This document shows positions 28,331-36,135 of a stretch of 64,000 nt of DNA, in pieces. The translations under genes were made by a program, and so were the position numbers. The DNA is from an uncultured Chloroflexia bacterium. Its GTDB lineage: Bacteria; Chloroflexota; Limnocylindria; Limnocylindrales; CSP1-4. Location of the stretch: contig CAVQCV010000003.1 in the NCBI GenBank assembly GCA_963711105.1, positions 39,051-103,050 of the forward strand, in the 5' to 3' direction. The number at the start of each line of letters is the position of its first letter. Position 1 is the stretch's first letter. The notes beneath the pieces are model-generated. The model searched no databases, was not told the DNA's origin, and saw only the letters and a program-made list of their open reading frames with translations.

Positions 28331-28514
28331 GGAGCCCCTCCAGTAGCAGAACGCACGACGCTGCCGTTCGGGCGGAGCCTAGCTCATGCCGTAGCCAGCT
28401 GTACGGTCTGCGCGCAGTACCCGAGTGGCCCTGGCGCAAGCCACCAACGAGGCCCGCTCGGCACGAAGAAGGCGGCCCTCGCGGGCCGCCTTCGAACTGG
28501 ACTCGGTTCTGAGG

Positions 28515-30338
28515 CTACGGTTTGGCGCGGGGCGTCCGCTTCCGCGCGGGCTTCGCGGTTGCGGCCTTCGCGGTTGCGGCCTTCGCGGTCGCCGGTTTCT
28601 CCGCTGCCGGTTCTTCCGCAGCCGGCTTCTCAGCAGCTGGTTTCGCTGCATCAGGCTTCGCACTTGTTCTGCCTCGACCGCCGGCCGCCGACGTGGCGAC
28701 CGGAGCGGCCGGGTTTCGCATGGGCAGCACGAGCGCCTGCCCTTCCGGCGTGGCGGCGTCGCGCCTGTAGATCCAACTGTGGTACAGGAGCAGCGCGCCG
28801 GCCACGACCAGCAGGCCGATCGCGATCCCCGCAATGCTCGCCACGGGCGCCGGCTTGGGTCCCGTGATGGCCTCCGTGTACTGCCAGACGAACACGGCCA
28901 GACCGGCCGTGAAAGCCACGGCCGACGCGCCCAGGATCGCGTACAGGTAGTACATCCGCGACCACGCGGTGACATCGGTGGCCCGGTTGGCCGCCATCCT
29001 TACTTCGGCCTGGCGCCACATGTAGTACCAGACCGCGCCGCCAACCACGATGGCGCCGATGCCAAAGGCGACCGGAAGCTTCCACAGGTCGGCCGGGACC
29101 TTGGAGAAGATCTGGACGATGGCCGAGTCGATGACCTTGAACGCGCCCTGCGACGCGGCCGCGAGGCCGGCCAGAGCCGTCACGTAGAGCACTATGCGCG
29201 TCGCCGACAGACCGACTGGACCGGTCGGCTCCTCGTCCATGGCGACCTTCCGATGCCACCACCAGGCCGCGCCCGCGGGGATGGCCATGATCGGCAGGAC
29301 GAGAACCAGGTACCAGGTGGGCTCGGTGTTCTTCACGTCCGTGAAGGACGCGACGACCTGGCCCGCGCCGAAACCGACGTTCTCGATAACGACGCGCACG
29401 CCCCACAGGACGACCACGGCCAGGAAGGCCAGGCGAACCTTGGAGATTCGCTCCGCCTCGCCCTGCGGCGTCTTCGCGTCGCGCAGTCGGAGCGAGTACA
29501 GCCAGTGGCCATACCACGCTGCCCCGAACGCCAGCGCCGTAACCGCGGCTTCGGTGAACGGCCGGACCCAATCGGCGCCCGTGGGAACCTTGGCTGCCGC
29601 GAGCGGGGCGTGCCGGCTAAAATCGGTGGCATCCATGCCGGCGACCGACTGAACCGCGGCCCACTGGACGGCGAAGATCTCGACGATGCTCGAGACTGCC
29701 ATCAGGGCCACGACGAGCCCTACCAGGGCGGCGCCGTAGAGGTAGAAGCGGGACAGCCAGGCTGCGGCTCCGGAAATGAGATCGGTCTCGCGGAGGTCGC
29801 GGTCTCGGATCCAGACGTGGTAGACGAACATCGCCGTCGCCGCCACTCCGATGGCGAGGGTCCCGGAGTCGCCCGCGAAGGGATTCACTTGAGCTAGCAG
29901 GGCGGCGACCATCGCCGCCTGATCTCCGGCCCCTTCGCCCGGCACGGCCGGGGCTTGGGCTCGGTCGGCGACGATCTTCGCAATCAGGGTGGTCCAGGCC
30001 CACAACGCGATCGGCAGTGAAGCGCCGAGGGCCCAAACGAAGTACAGCGAGCGGACGATGGAGCGCCGCTCTCCCGCGGCCTCGTCGCTCGATCCGCGGA
30101 CCATCCTCTCCACGATGGCCCAATGGAAGACCCAGACGATCAGGCCGGCCACGAGCAGGCCAAAGCCTATGCTGAAGAACAATCGGTCGATGTCGGTGGA
30201 CTGGGCGGCCGTCGGGAACTGATTACCGACGTGCAGGTTGTTGACCAGGACCTGGAACAGGATCGTCGCGCCCAGCAGCCCGATGACGAGGCTGGCGGCC
30301 GACACTCCGTAGAGATACAAATGCTTGGCTGTCGCCAT
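28515..30338 (-). CDS. Polytopic membrane protein, paralog B (same four 3-TM module architecture as 25918..27705)
   Basis: MATAKHLYLYGVSA..., VFHWAIVERMVRGSSDEAAGERRSIVRSLYFVWAL, ERISKVRLAFLAVVVL: a clear paralog of the downstream gene. C-terminal Ala/Lys/Pro-rich tail (AAEKPAAEEPAAEKPATAKAATAKAATAKPARK). Confidence 0.65.
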   Translation of the reverse strand: MATAKHLYLYGVSAASLVIGLLGATILFQVLVNNLHVGNQFPTAAQSTDIDRLFFSIGFGLLVAGLIVWVFHWAIVERMVRGSSDEAAGERRSIVRSLYFVWALGASLPIALWAWTTLIAKIVADRAQAPAVPGEGAGDQAAMVAALLAQVNPFAGDSGTLAIGVAATAMFVYHVWIRDRDLRETDLISGAAAWLSRFYLYGAALVGLVVALMAVSSIVEIFAVQWAAVQSVAGMDATDFSRHAPLAAAKVPTGADWVRPFTEAAVTALAFGAAWYGHWLYSLRLRDAKTPQGEAERISKVRLAFLAVVVLWGVRVVIENVGFGAGQVVASFTDVKNTEPTWYLVLVLPIMAIPAGAAWWWHRKVAMDEEPTGPVGLSATRIVLYVTALAGLAAASQGAFKVIDSAIVQIFSKVPADLWKLPVAFGIGAIVVGGAVWYYMWRQAEVRMAANRATDVTAWSRMYYLYAILGASAVAFTAGLAVFVWQYTEAITGPKPAPVASIAGIAIGLLVVAGALLLYHSWIYRRDAATPEGQALVLPMRNPAAPVATSAAGGRGRTSAKPDAAKPAAEKPAAEEPAAEKPATAKAATAKAATAKPARKRTPRAKP

Positions 30339-30398
30339 GTGCGGACCCCTTCTCCTAGCGTCGCGGTCCTCCTCCGGACCGCGCCGACACGTCCTCGG

Positions 30399-30569
30399 CT
30401 AGTCGGCGATGACCATGACTACGAAGGTCAGGATCGTGAGCGCCGCAGCTCCCGCGACGATCTCCGGCAGCGGGAACGGCAACCAGTTGCGGTAGCGCCT
30501 GGCGTTGGCCAGGAGCCAGTCCGCCAGTCCGGGCCCTGCCGACGTGGCGGGCTGGTTGGCTTGGGTCAT
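30399..30569 (-). CDS. Small hydrophobic protein (56 aa) leading the paralog cluster
   Basis: Hand-translated from the minus strand: MTQANQPATSAGPGLADWLLANARRYRNWLPFPLPEIVAGAAALTILTFVVMVIAD. RBS GGGAGGAG lies 5 nt upstream of the ATG at 30569. TAG stop at 30399-30401. It is below the ORF-track size cutoff. Confidence 0.3.
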   Translation of the reverse strand: MTQANQPATSAGPGLADWLLANARRYRNWLPFPLPEIVAGAAALTILTFVVMVIAD

Positions 30570-30844
30570 TGGGGCTCCTCCCTACACGGTGGTGGCGGGA
30601 CGTTCTCGGTGAGCCTAACCCTTGGCGGCCCCGAAGACGAGCCCTTTCTACGCGCCGGGGCCCTCTTTGGTTAGCTCCGTTGCAAGGTCTGGGTCCTCTG
30701 GGCATCGGATTCGACCGAGCCAGAGAGTCTTTATAGCTATCGCCGCTGGTACTTGGCGCAGGCCGAATAGCTGCACTCTTGGCCGGCGCCAGCCGTTACC
30801 TCTGATGAACGGCCCGATGCTGACGGGCCCCGCGGAGCGAAGCG

Positions 30845-31354
30845 ATGCCGATCTTCACGCAAAGGCAAGTCGAGGGCAGGCGCGATCGGATGGTCCAGTG
30901 CCTGTTGCATACGCCGTCGGAGGAGCGCCGGTTCATGCTGATGTCGGCTTTCCAGACCGGCGAGCTACGACTCAGCGAAGCGGACGAAGTGCTGCGCATG
31001 GTCAGACGGCTCGAGCAAAGCGGGGGCGGACCGGCCGATAACCTCTGGCTCGAACCGGTGACCGCTGCCGAACAGGCCGGTCCGACGTCCGAACCAGTCG
31101 CCGCTGCCGATCCGACGTCCGAACCGGCGGGCCAACCATCCGCCGAACTGGAGTCGGCCCCCGCCGACCCTGCTGGCGAAGTGGAGCCGGCCGCGGTGGA
31201 GCCTGCCGCCGACGTGCCCCACTTCAACTACGTTCCCGACCCCGGCGACGTGGCCGACCCGTCCGGCTTCCTCGGCAGCTGGATCGACCCGTTCGCCGCC
31301 GCCCTCGCCCAGGCCGAAGCCGAAGCTGCCCGGTCGTTCGACGCCGTGGCCTAG
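30845..31354 (+). CDS. Hypothetical protein with an acidic repeat-containing C-terminal half
   Basis: Structured N-terminal approximately 65 aa, then PTSEPVAAADPTSEPAGQPSAELESAPADPAGEVEPAAVEPAADVP. Lies upstream of the GH10 gene. Coding status uncertain. Confidence 0.4.
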   Translation: MPIFTQRQVEGRRDRMVQCLLHTPSEERRFMLMSAFQTGELRLSEADEVLRMVRRLEQSGGGPADNLWLEPVTAAEQAGPTSEPVAAADPTSEPAGQPSAELESAPADPAGEVEPAAVEPAADVPHFNYVPDPGDVADPSGFLGSWIDPFAAALAQAEAEAARSFDAVA

Positions 31355-31441
31355 ACCTAGAAGCCCCCGCTTCGACTGTCCAGGCCCGGCACATCCCCGG
31401 CGGGCGCTATGCTGCGAGGCCCACCCCACAGGAGGCCGTGC

Positions 31442-32776
31442 ATGGGCGTCGAGTCGTTTCCGGCCGCGAGTACGGCCGTCATTCCTTCGATCGCGTCCAG
31501 CTCGCTCGAGTCCGCGATCCGCAGCCATCGCACGGCCGACGCGGCGGTCACCGTTTTCGGCCCGGACGGCAGGCCTGCCGCCGGAATCGAGCTGACCGTG
31601 GCCCAGCGCGCCCACGCGTTCCTGTTCGGCTCGACGGGCTTCGACGTCATCCCATACGTCAACGGCGAGCTGGCCGGCGACGACCACACCGCCGCGCGCG
31701 AGCGAGTGGAGCGGATCGCGGAACGCTGGCTGGCCCTCATGAACTTCGCGACCCTGCCGTTCTACTGGGGCGGGTTCGAGCCCGAGCGGGGCAAGCCGGA
31801 CACGGCCCGAATCCTGGCCTCGAGCCGCTGGTTCACCGAGCGGGGCATCCCGGTCAAGGGCCACCCGCTGCTCTGGCACACCAGCTGCGCGGATTGGCTG
31901 CTGCCGCTCTCGAACGAGGAAATCCTGGCCGAGCAGAAGGCGCGCATCCGCCGCGAGGTCGGAGACTTCCGGGGCGTGATCGACACCTGGGACGTGGTCA
32001 ACGAGGCCGTGATCATGCCGGTGTTCGACCGGTACGACAACGGCATCACCAGGATCTGCCGGGCGAACGGGCGGATCGCGACGATTCGGATGGCGTTCGA
32101 TGAAGCGCGCCGGACGAACCCGGACGTGTTTCTGCTGCTCAACGACTTCGACATGTCGACCGCCTACGAATGCCTGATCGAGGGCGTCCTCGAAGCCGGC
32201 GTGAAGATCGACGCGTTGGGGCTGCAGAGCCACATGCACCAGGGCTATTGGGGCGAGGAGAAGACCCTCGCCATCGTCGATCGCTTCGCCCGCTACGGCC
32301 TGCCTATCCATTTCACCGAGACCACGATCCTGTCCGGCGAGCTGATGCCTCCGGAGTTCGACGACCTGAACGACTACCGGGCGGATGAGTGGCCGACCAC
32401 GCCCGATGGCGAAGAGCGCCAGGCCGACGAAGTCGTGCGCCACTACAAGACGCTGCTTTCGCAGCCGTCGGTCAAGGCCGCCACGTGGTGGGATCTGGTG
32501 GACGGCGTCTGGCTCGGCGCGCCGGGCGGCCTGATCCGCACCGACGCCTCGCCCAAGCCCGCCTACGACGAGCTGCTCGGTCTGGTCAAGGGGGAGTGGT
32601 GGCTGGCCCCGACCACGGTCCGGACGGATGAGTCCGGGCGGATCGGGCTGAGCGGCTTCCTGGGCGAGTACGAGTTCACGGCCGGCCCTAGCGGCGCCGC
32701 GCCCGGCGGTCGGTCCGGCGGCGCGCAGTTCCGGTTGGATCGGCCCGGCTCCGTGGAGCTGGAGGTCCTTCTCTAG
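31442..32776 (+). CDS. Glycoside hydrolase family 10 (endo-1,4-beta-xylanase-like), no signal peptide detected
   Basis: GH10 acid/base motif WDVVNEA and nucleophile motif IHFTETTI. AGGAGG lies 6 nt upstream of the ATG at 31442. The 697-aa antisense ORF 30965..33058 is rejected. Confidence 0.8.
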   Translation: MGVESFPAASTAVIPSIASSSLESAIRSHRTADAAVTVFGPDGRPAAGIELTVAQRAHAFLFGSTGFDVIPYVNGELAGDDHTAARERVERIAERWLALMNFATLPFYWGGFEPERGKPDTARILASSRWFTERGIPVKGHPLLWHTSCADWLLPLSNEEILAEQKARIRREVGDFRGVIDTWDVVNEAVIMPVFDRYDNGITRICRANGRIATIRMAFDEARRTNPDVFLLLNDFDMSTAYECLIEGVLEAGVKIDALGLQSHMHQGYWGEEKTLAIVDRFARYGLPIHFTETTILSGELMPPEFDDLNDYRADEWPTTPDGEERQADEVVRHYKTLLSQPSVKAATWWDLVDGVWLGAPGGLIRTDASPKPAYDELLGLVKGEWWLAPTTVRTDESGRIGLSGFLGEYEFTAGPSGAAPGGRSGGAQFRLDRPGSVELEVLL

Positions 32777-32822
32777 TTCGGCCGTTCGGCCGCGGGCCGT
32801 TCGGGACGTTCGAGACGCGGCC

Positions 32823-33260
32823 CTACCTGATGAGGGGCGCCGCCTCCGCCAGATCCAGCATCGCGGAGCGATTGGTGTTGAGATGCGCGACGGCCGTGCG
32901 GATCGAGTCGAGCCGGACGTCGATCTCGCCGAGCAGCGTCGGCAGGTCGATGCCGGTTCGCTCGCCCCAGCCGGGATCCAGGTCCAGGGATGTGGCCAGA
33001 TGCTTGCGGGCGCCTTCGAGGTTGCGAGCCATGCCCACCGGGTTGCCGCGAATGGCATGGACGTAGCCGGCAGCCAGCTTGATGAGGCCCTGGTAGAGCG
33101 CCCGTTCGGCCAGATCGGATGTGCCCATCCAGGCCGGCTCGAGCAGCTCGTGGGCCTCGAAGAAGTCGCCCCGGGCGTAGGCCGCCAGGCCGGCCTCGAG
33201 AGCCTCGCGGCGCCGATCCGGAGGTATGGGCCGGTAGGCCTTGCGCCGATCGCCCTGCAT
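32823..33260 (-). CDS. DUF309 domain protein
   Basis: DUF309 signature GDFFEAHELLEPAWM. Start at the ATG at 33260 (MQGDRRKAY). Confidence 0.6.
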   Translation of the reverse strand: MQGDRRKAYRPIPPDRRREALEAGLAAYARGDFFEAHELLEPAWMGTSDLAERALYQGLIKLAAGYVHAIRGNPVGMARNLEGARKHLATSLDLDPGWGERTGIDLPTLLGEIDVRLDSIRTAVAHLNTNRSAMLDLAEAAPLIR

Positions 33261-33334
33261 GATCGTGCCGGGCCGATCGCCGGACGTGCCGGTCGAGTCG
33301 AGTTCCCCGAAATCGAAGCCCGCTTGACCAGCCG

Positions 33335-33778
33335 TCAGACCAGGTCCTCCAGTCTCTGCCGCCCGCCGTACCCGGTCGATATCTCGTGCCACCAGCCCAC
33401 CGACTCTTCGCCCAGCCGCCAGCACAGCAAGATCGGCCGGCCGGACACGAGCGCCGGGAAGTCCACGAGGCCGGTCTCGATCTGGCGGAGCTGCACGCCC
33501 CACTCGTCGATCTGGGCCACGGCCGCCTGCATCTGGTCGAAGCTGCCCTGGAGCCTCATGTGCAGGAGCCGCGACTCCTGCTGGACCTCGGCCCGGGCGG
33601 CCTGAGGCTGACCGGATCCACCGGTCGGGGCGCCGCCCGCGGCCGTGGGGTCGTTGAGTTCGACGAGCCTGTCGCGCAGGTCGACCACCTCCGCCCGCAG
33701 ATCGCGGAGACGGAGCAGAGTGTCGGTGAGCTGAGGTAGCAGGGCGTTGGCCCGGTCGATGTCGAAGTAGCCGGTCAC
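33335..33778 (-). CDS. DUF2203 domain protein
   Basis: TGYFDIDRANALLPQL...LVDFPALVSGRPILLCWRLGEESVGWWHEISTGYGGRQRLEDL matches the DUF2203 pattern. Putative GTG start at 33778. Confidence 0.6.
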   Translation of the reverse strand: MTGYFDIDRANALLPQLTDTLLRLRDLRAEVVDLRDRLVELNDPTAAGGAPTGGSGQPQAARAEVQQESRLLHMRLQGSFDQMQAAVAQIDEWGVQLRQIETGLVDFPALVSGRPILLCWRLGEESVGWWHEISTGYGGRQRLEDLV

Positions 33779-33816
33779 GACCAGATGGTATCCAGCCGGT
33801 CGAGGGCCGCCCACCA

Positions 33817-33898
33817 CCCGAAACGGTCGAACCGGCAACCGAAACCGGCAGGTAGGCCGATGGCCGTCTCGGCCCTGGCCGAGACGGACCGTTTCGGG
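33817..33898. promoter_or_regulatory. Nested perfect inverted repeats in a divergent promoter region
   Basis: Outer arms cccgaaacggtc (33817-33828) and gaccgtttcggg (33887-33898) are perfect reverse complements. Inside them is a perfect 11-bp hairpin ccgtctcggcc-ct-ggccgagacgg (33864-33887) and a direct repeat aaccggca x2. Confidence 0.45.
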
Positions 33899-33989
33899 GC
33901 CGGGTACGGGGATTCCTCGCCCGCTTGAACGAGCACCACGCCCGCTGTCATCATGTGGGCGGCGTCCCGGCAGAGAGCGAGGGAGCATC

Positions 33990-35198
33990 ATGAACTGGCG
34001 TGCTGTTGCCGTTCTGGTTCTGGCCGCGACTGCTATCACGGGTTGCGCCAACGAGTCGGGGACGGGCGCGCCGAGTACGCCGCCCGCCGGCCCCACGACG
34101 ACTGCGACGCAGAGTGCGGCGGCCACGCCGGCCGCGACGCCTGAGCCGAGTGGGCCTTGCCGGCGAGCGGCCGACGGCTCGGCCGGCTACATCCGGCTCA
34201 CCTGTTCGGTGGCTGCGCCGGCCCTTGCGAACAACATGCTCGGCGATCCCGCGACGCTGAAGTCGGCCGTCCTGCTGCCCGCCGACTACGACGCGACCAC
34301 GACCGCCTATCCCGTCGTCTACATCCTGGCCGGCTGGGGCGACAGCGGCGATTCCGTCGCCTCGGACATGCTTCGCAATCTCGGTCCGGCGTCCTCGGGC
34401 CGCAAGCTGATCCTGGTTTTCACCGACGGTACCAACAGCCTGGGCGGTAGCTTCTACGCGAACTCGAGCGTGACCGGCAACTGGGCCGACGCCGTGGCCA
34501 CGGACCTGGTGGACTTCGTCGATGCGAATTTCCGGACCGTGCCGAAGGCGACCGCGCGCGGCATTGCCGGCCACTCGATGGGCGGCGCCGGGGCTATCAA
34601 CATCGGCATTAGCCGGCCGGATCGGTTCGGGGCGATCTTTGCCCTCAGCGCCGGCTTGTTCGACGCCGACGGCTTCGACGACAGGTTCGGCGACACCGGC
34701 GACCCGATGACGATCCAGACCGTGCTGGACATCGGCGATCGGCTGGCCGCGCTGCCGGCGGCGGATCGCGGTAAGGGCCTGGTGGACCAGGCGAGCGGCA
34801 AGCGTTCGGACATCAAGTTCGCCCTGGGCTACGGCGCCGCCTTCGCCCCAAACCCCGGCGCACCGCTTCTGCTCGACTGGCCGTTCAAGCTGGCCGGCGG
34901 CAAGGCCGCCCGCGACCAGGCAGCCCTGGCGTCGTGGGAAGCCGGCTTCGGCAATCTCGCCGCCAAGATCAACGCACACGCCGCCACGCTAAAGGCCCTC
35001 AAGGGTTTCGGCGTCGAATACGGCACGCGGGAAGAGCAGCCCTTCATCAAGAACGGCGGCCACTACTTCGCCGGCCTCCTGGCCAACGCCGGCGTGAAAG
35101 TCACCGAGCACGCCTTCGAGGGCGGGCACGCCGACCACCTCGGCGACCGAATGGCCAACGGCATGCTGCCGTTCATGGAAGCCACGCTGGCGGCGTAA
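33990..35198 (+). CDS. Secreted lipoprotein esterase (putative esterase / esterase D-type alpha/beta hydrolase)
   Basis: Lipobox LAATAITGC|ANES with a Thr/Pro/Ala linker. Nucleophile elbow GHSMGGAGAI. C-terminal H in GGHYFAGLL / EGGHADH. Confidence 0.7.
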   Translation: MNWRAVAVLVLAATAITGCANESGTGAPSTPPAGPTTTATQSAAATPAATPEPSGPCRRAADGSAGYIRLTCSVAAPALANNMLGDPATLKSAVLLPADYDATTTAYPVVYILAGWGDSGDSVASDMLRNLGPASSGRKLILVFTDGTNSLGGSFYANSSVTGNWADAVATDLVDFVDANFRTVPKATARGIAGHSMGGAGAINIGISRPDRFGAIFALSAGLFDADGFDDRFGDTGDPMTIQTVLDIGDRLAALPAADRGKGLVDQASGKRSDIKFALGYGAAFAPNPGAPLLLDWPFKLAGGKAARDQAALASWEAGFGNLAAKINAHAATLKALKGFGVEYGTREEQPFIKNGGHYFAGLLANAGVKVTEHAFEGGHADHLGDRMANGMLPFMEATLAA

Positions 35199-35358
35199 TC
35201 GAAGCCGGCCGGGCGGCGAGCGGCACCGCCGACCCCGGGGGCTACAGGGACGCGCCACCGGATCGCCGGCAGAATGATCGACCGACCGGAGAGCGGCCAC
35301 GCCGGCCGGCCCTCCTGGGCGACAATAGGCTCCCGATCAGCCGCGGAGTGAGCGCCGC

Positions 35359-36129
35359 TTGAATCCGAACGATCTACAGACCTTCGCCCGGACATGCCTG
35401 GAGCCCCGGCTGCCCTCGCTGAAGCGGCGCGAGCAGTCCTGGCCTGAACCTTCGGACGACGCGTTCGTCTGCCCCGTGGAGTTCGTCGCCACGCCGATCG
35501 AGTGGATCAAGTGCTCGCTCGTCCTGGTCTCGCCGCCGGCACATCTTCAGCGCGAGAAGAGCGCCCTCGTCGGCTTCCGGTTCGTGGCGCTGTGGCGGCC
35601 CATGGCCCCGGATCTGGACATCGGCGTGAAGCGAAGCGGCCTGCTTGCGGCGATGTCGGCGTTCCGCCACCGCTGGCCCGTCGGCCCCGGGGCCGGCGAC
35701 AAGGTGGCCGACGAACTGGTGGCCGCCGTGAACGCGCAGTGGCCGGCCGCGTTCGAGGGCCCGGGCACGGTGGAGGGCTACGCCAGGGCGATCGGGCGGG
35801 GCGCGCAGAACACGGACAGCTGGGTCGCCTTCAACCGCCTCCCGACCCACGGCGACGTGCCCTGGCTCGAGACGCTGGCCTATGCCCACCTACTCATGGG
35901 CGATTCGGGCGCCGCCCACGACTGCGTCGTCCGGCTGCGCAAGCGCGACACGACCGGCAAGTACGTGGGGCGGGCCAACGAGATCGACCGGTACCTGTTC
36001 TCCAGCCCGGGCCTGGCCGTCGACCAGCTCTACGCCTGGCGCCACGAGCGCCTGGAGGCCGAAGGGCTGCTCGACTGGGCGGCCCCCCGGGGTTTCGCGA
36101 AGAAGCCGGGGAGCGGCCCGGGGCCCTAG
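35359..36129 (+). CDS. Hypothetical protein
   Basis: TTG-initiated ORF. Composition is balanced, unlike the Arg-rich antisense ORF 35374..35889. No recognisable domain. Confidence 0.4.
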   Translation: MNPNDLQTFARTCLEPRLPSLKRREQSWPEPSDDAFVCPVEFVATPIEWIKCSLVLVSPPAHLQREKSALVGFRFVALWRPMAPDLDIGVKRSGLLAAMSAFRHRWPVGPGAGDKVADELVAAVNAQWPAAFEGPGTVEGYARAIGRGAQNTDSWVAFNRLPTHGDVPWLETLAYAHLLMGDSGAAHDCVVRLRKRDTTGKYVGRANEIDRYLFSSPGLAVDQLYAWRHERLEAEGLLDWAAPRGFAKKPGSGPGP

Positions 36130-36135
36130 TTCGGA

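Noticed and set aside
30965-33058. 697-aa minus-strand ORF
   Set aside because: It is antisense to the GH10 gene (which has WDVVNEA and TETTI motifs) and overlaps the DUF309 gene in another frame. Its composition is low-complexity Arg/Gly/Pro.
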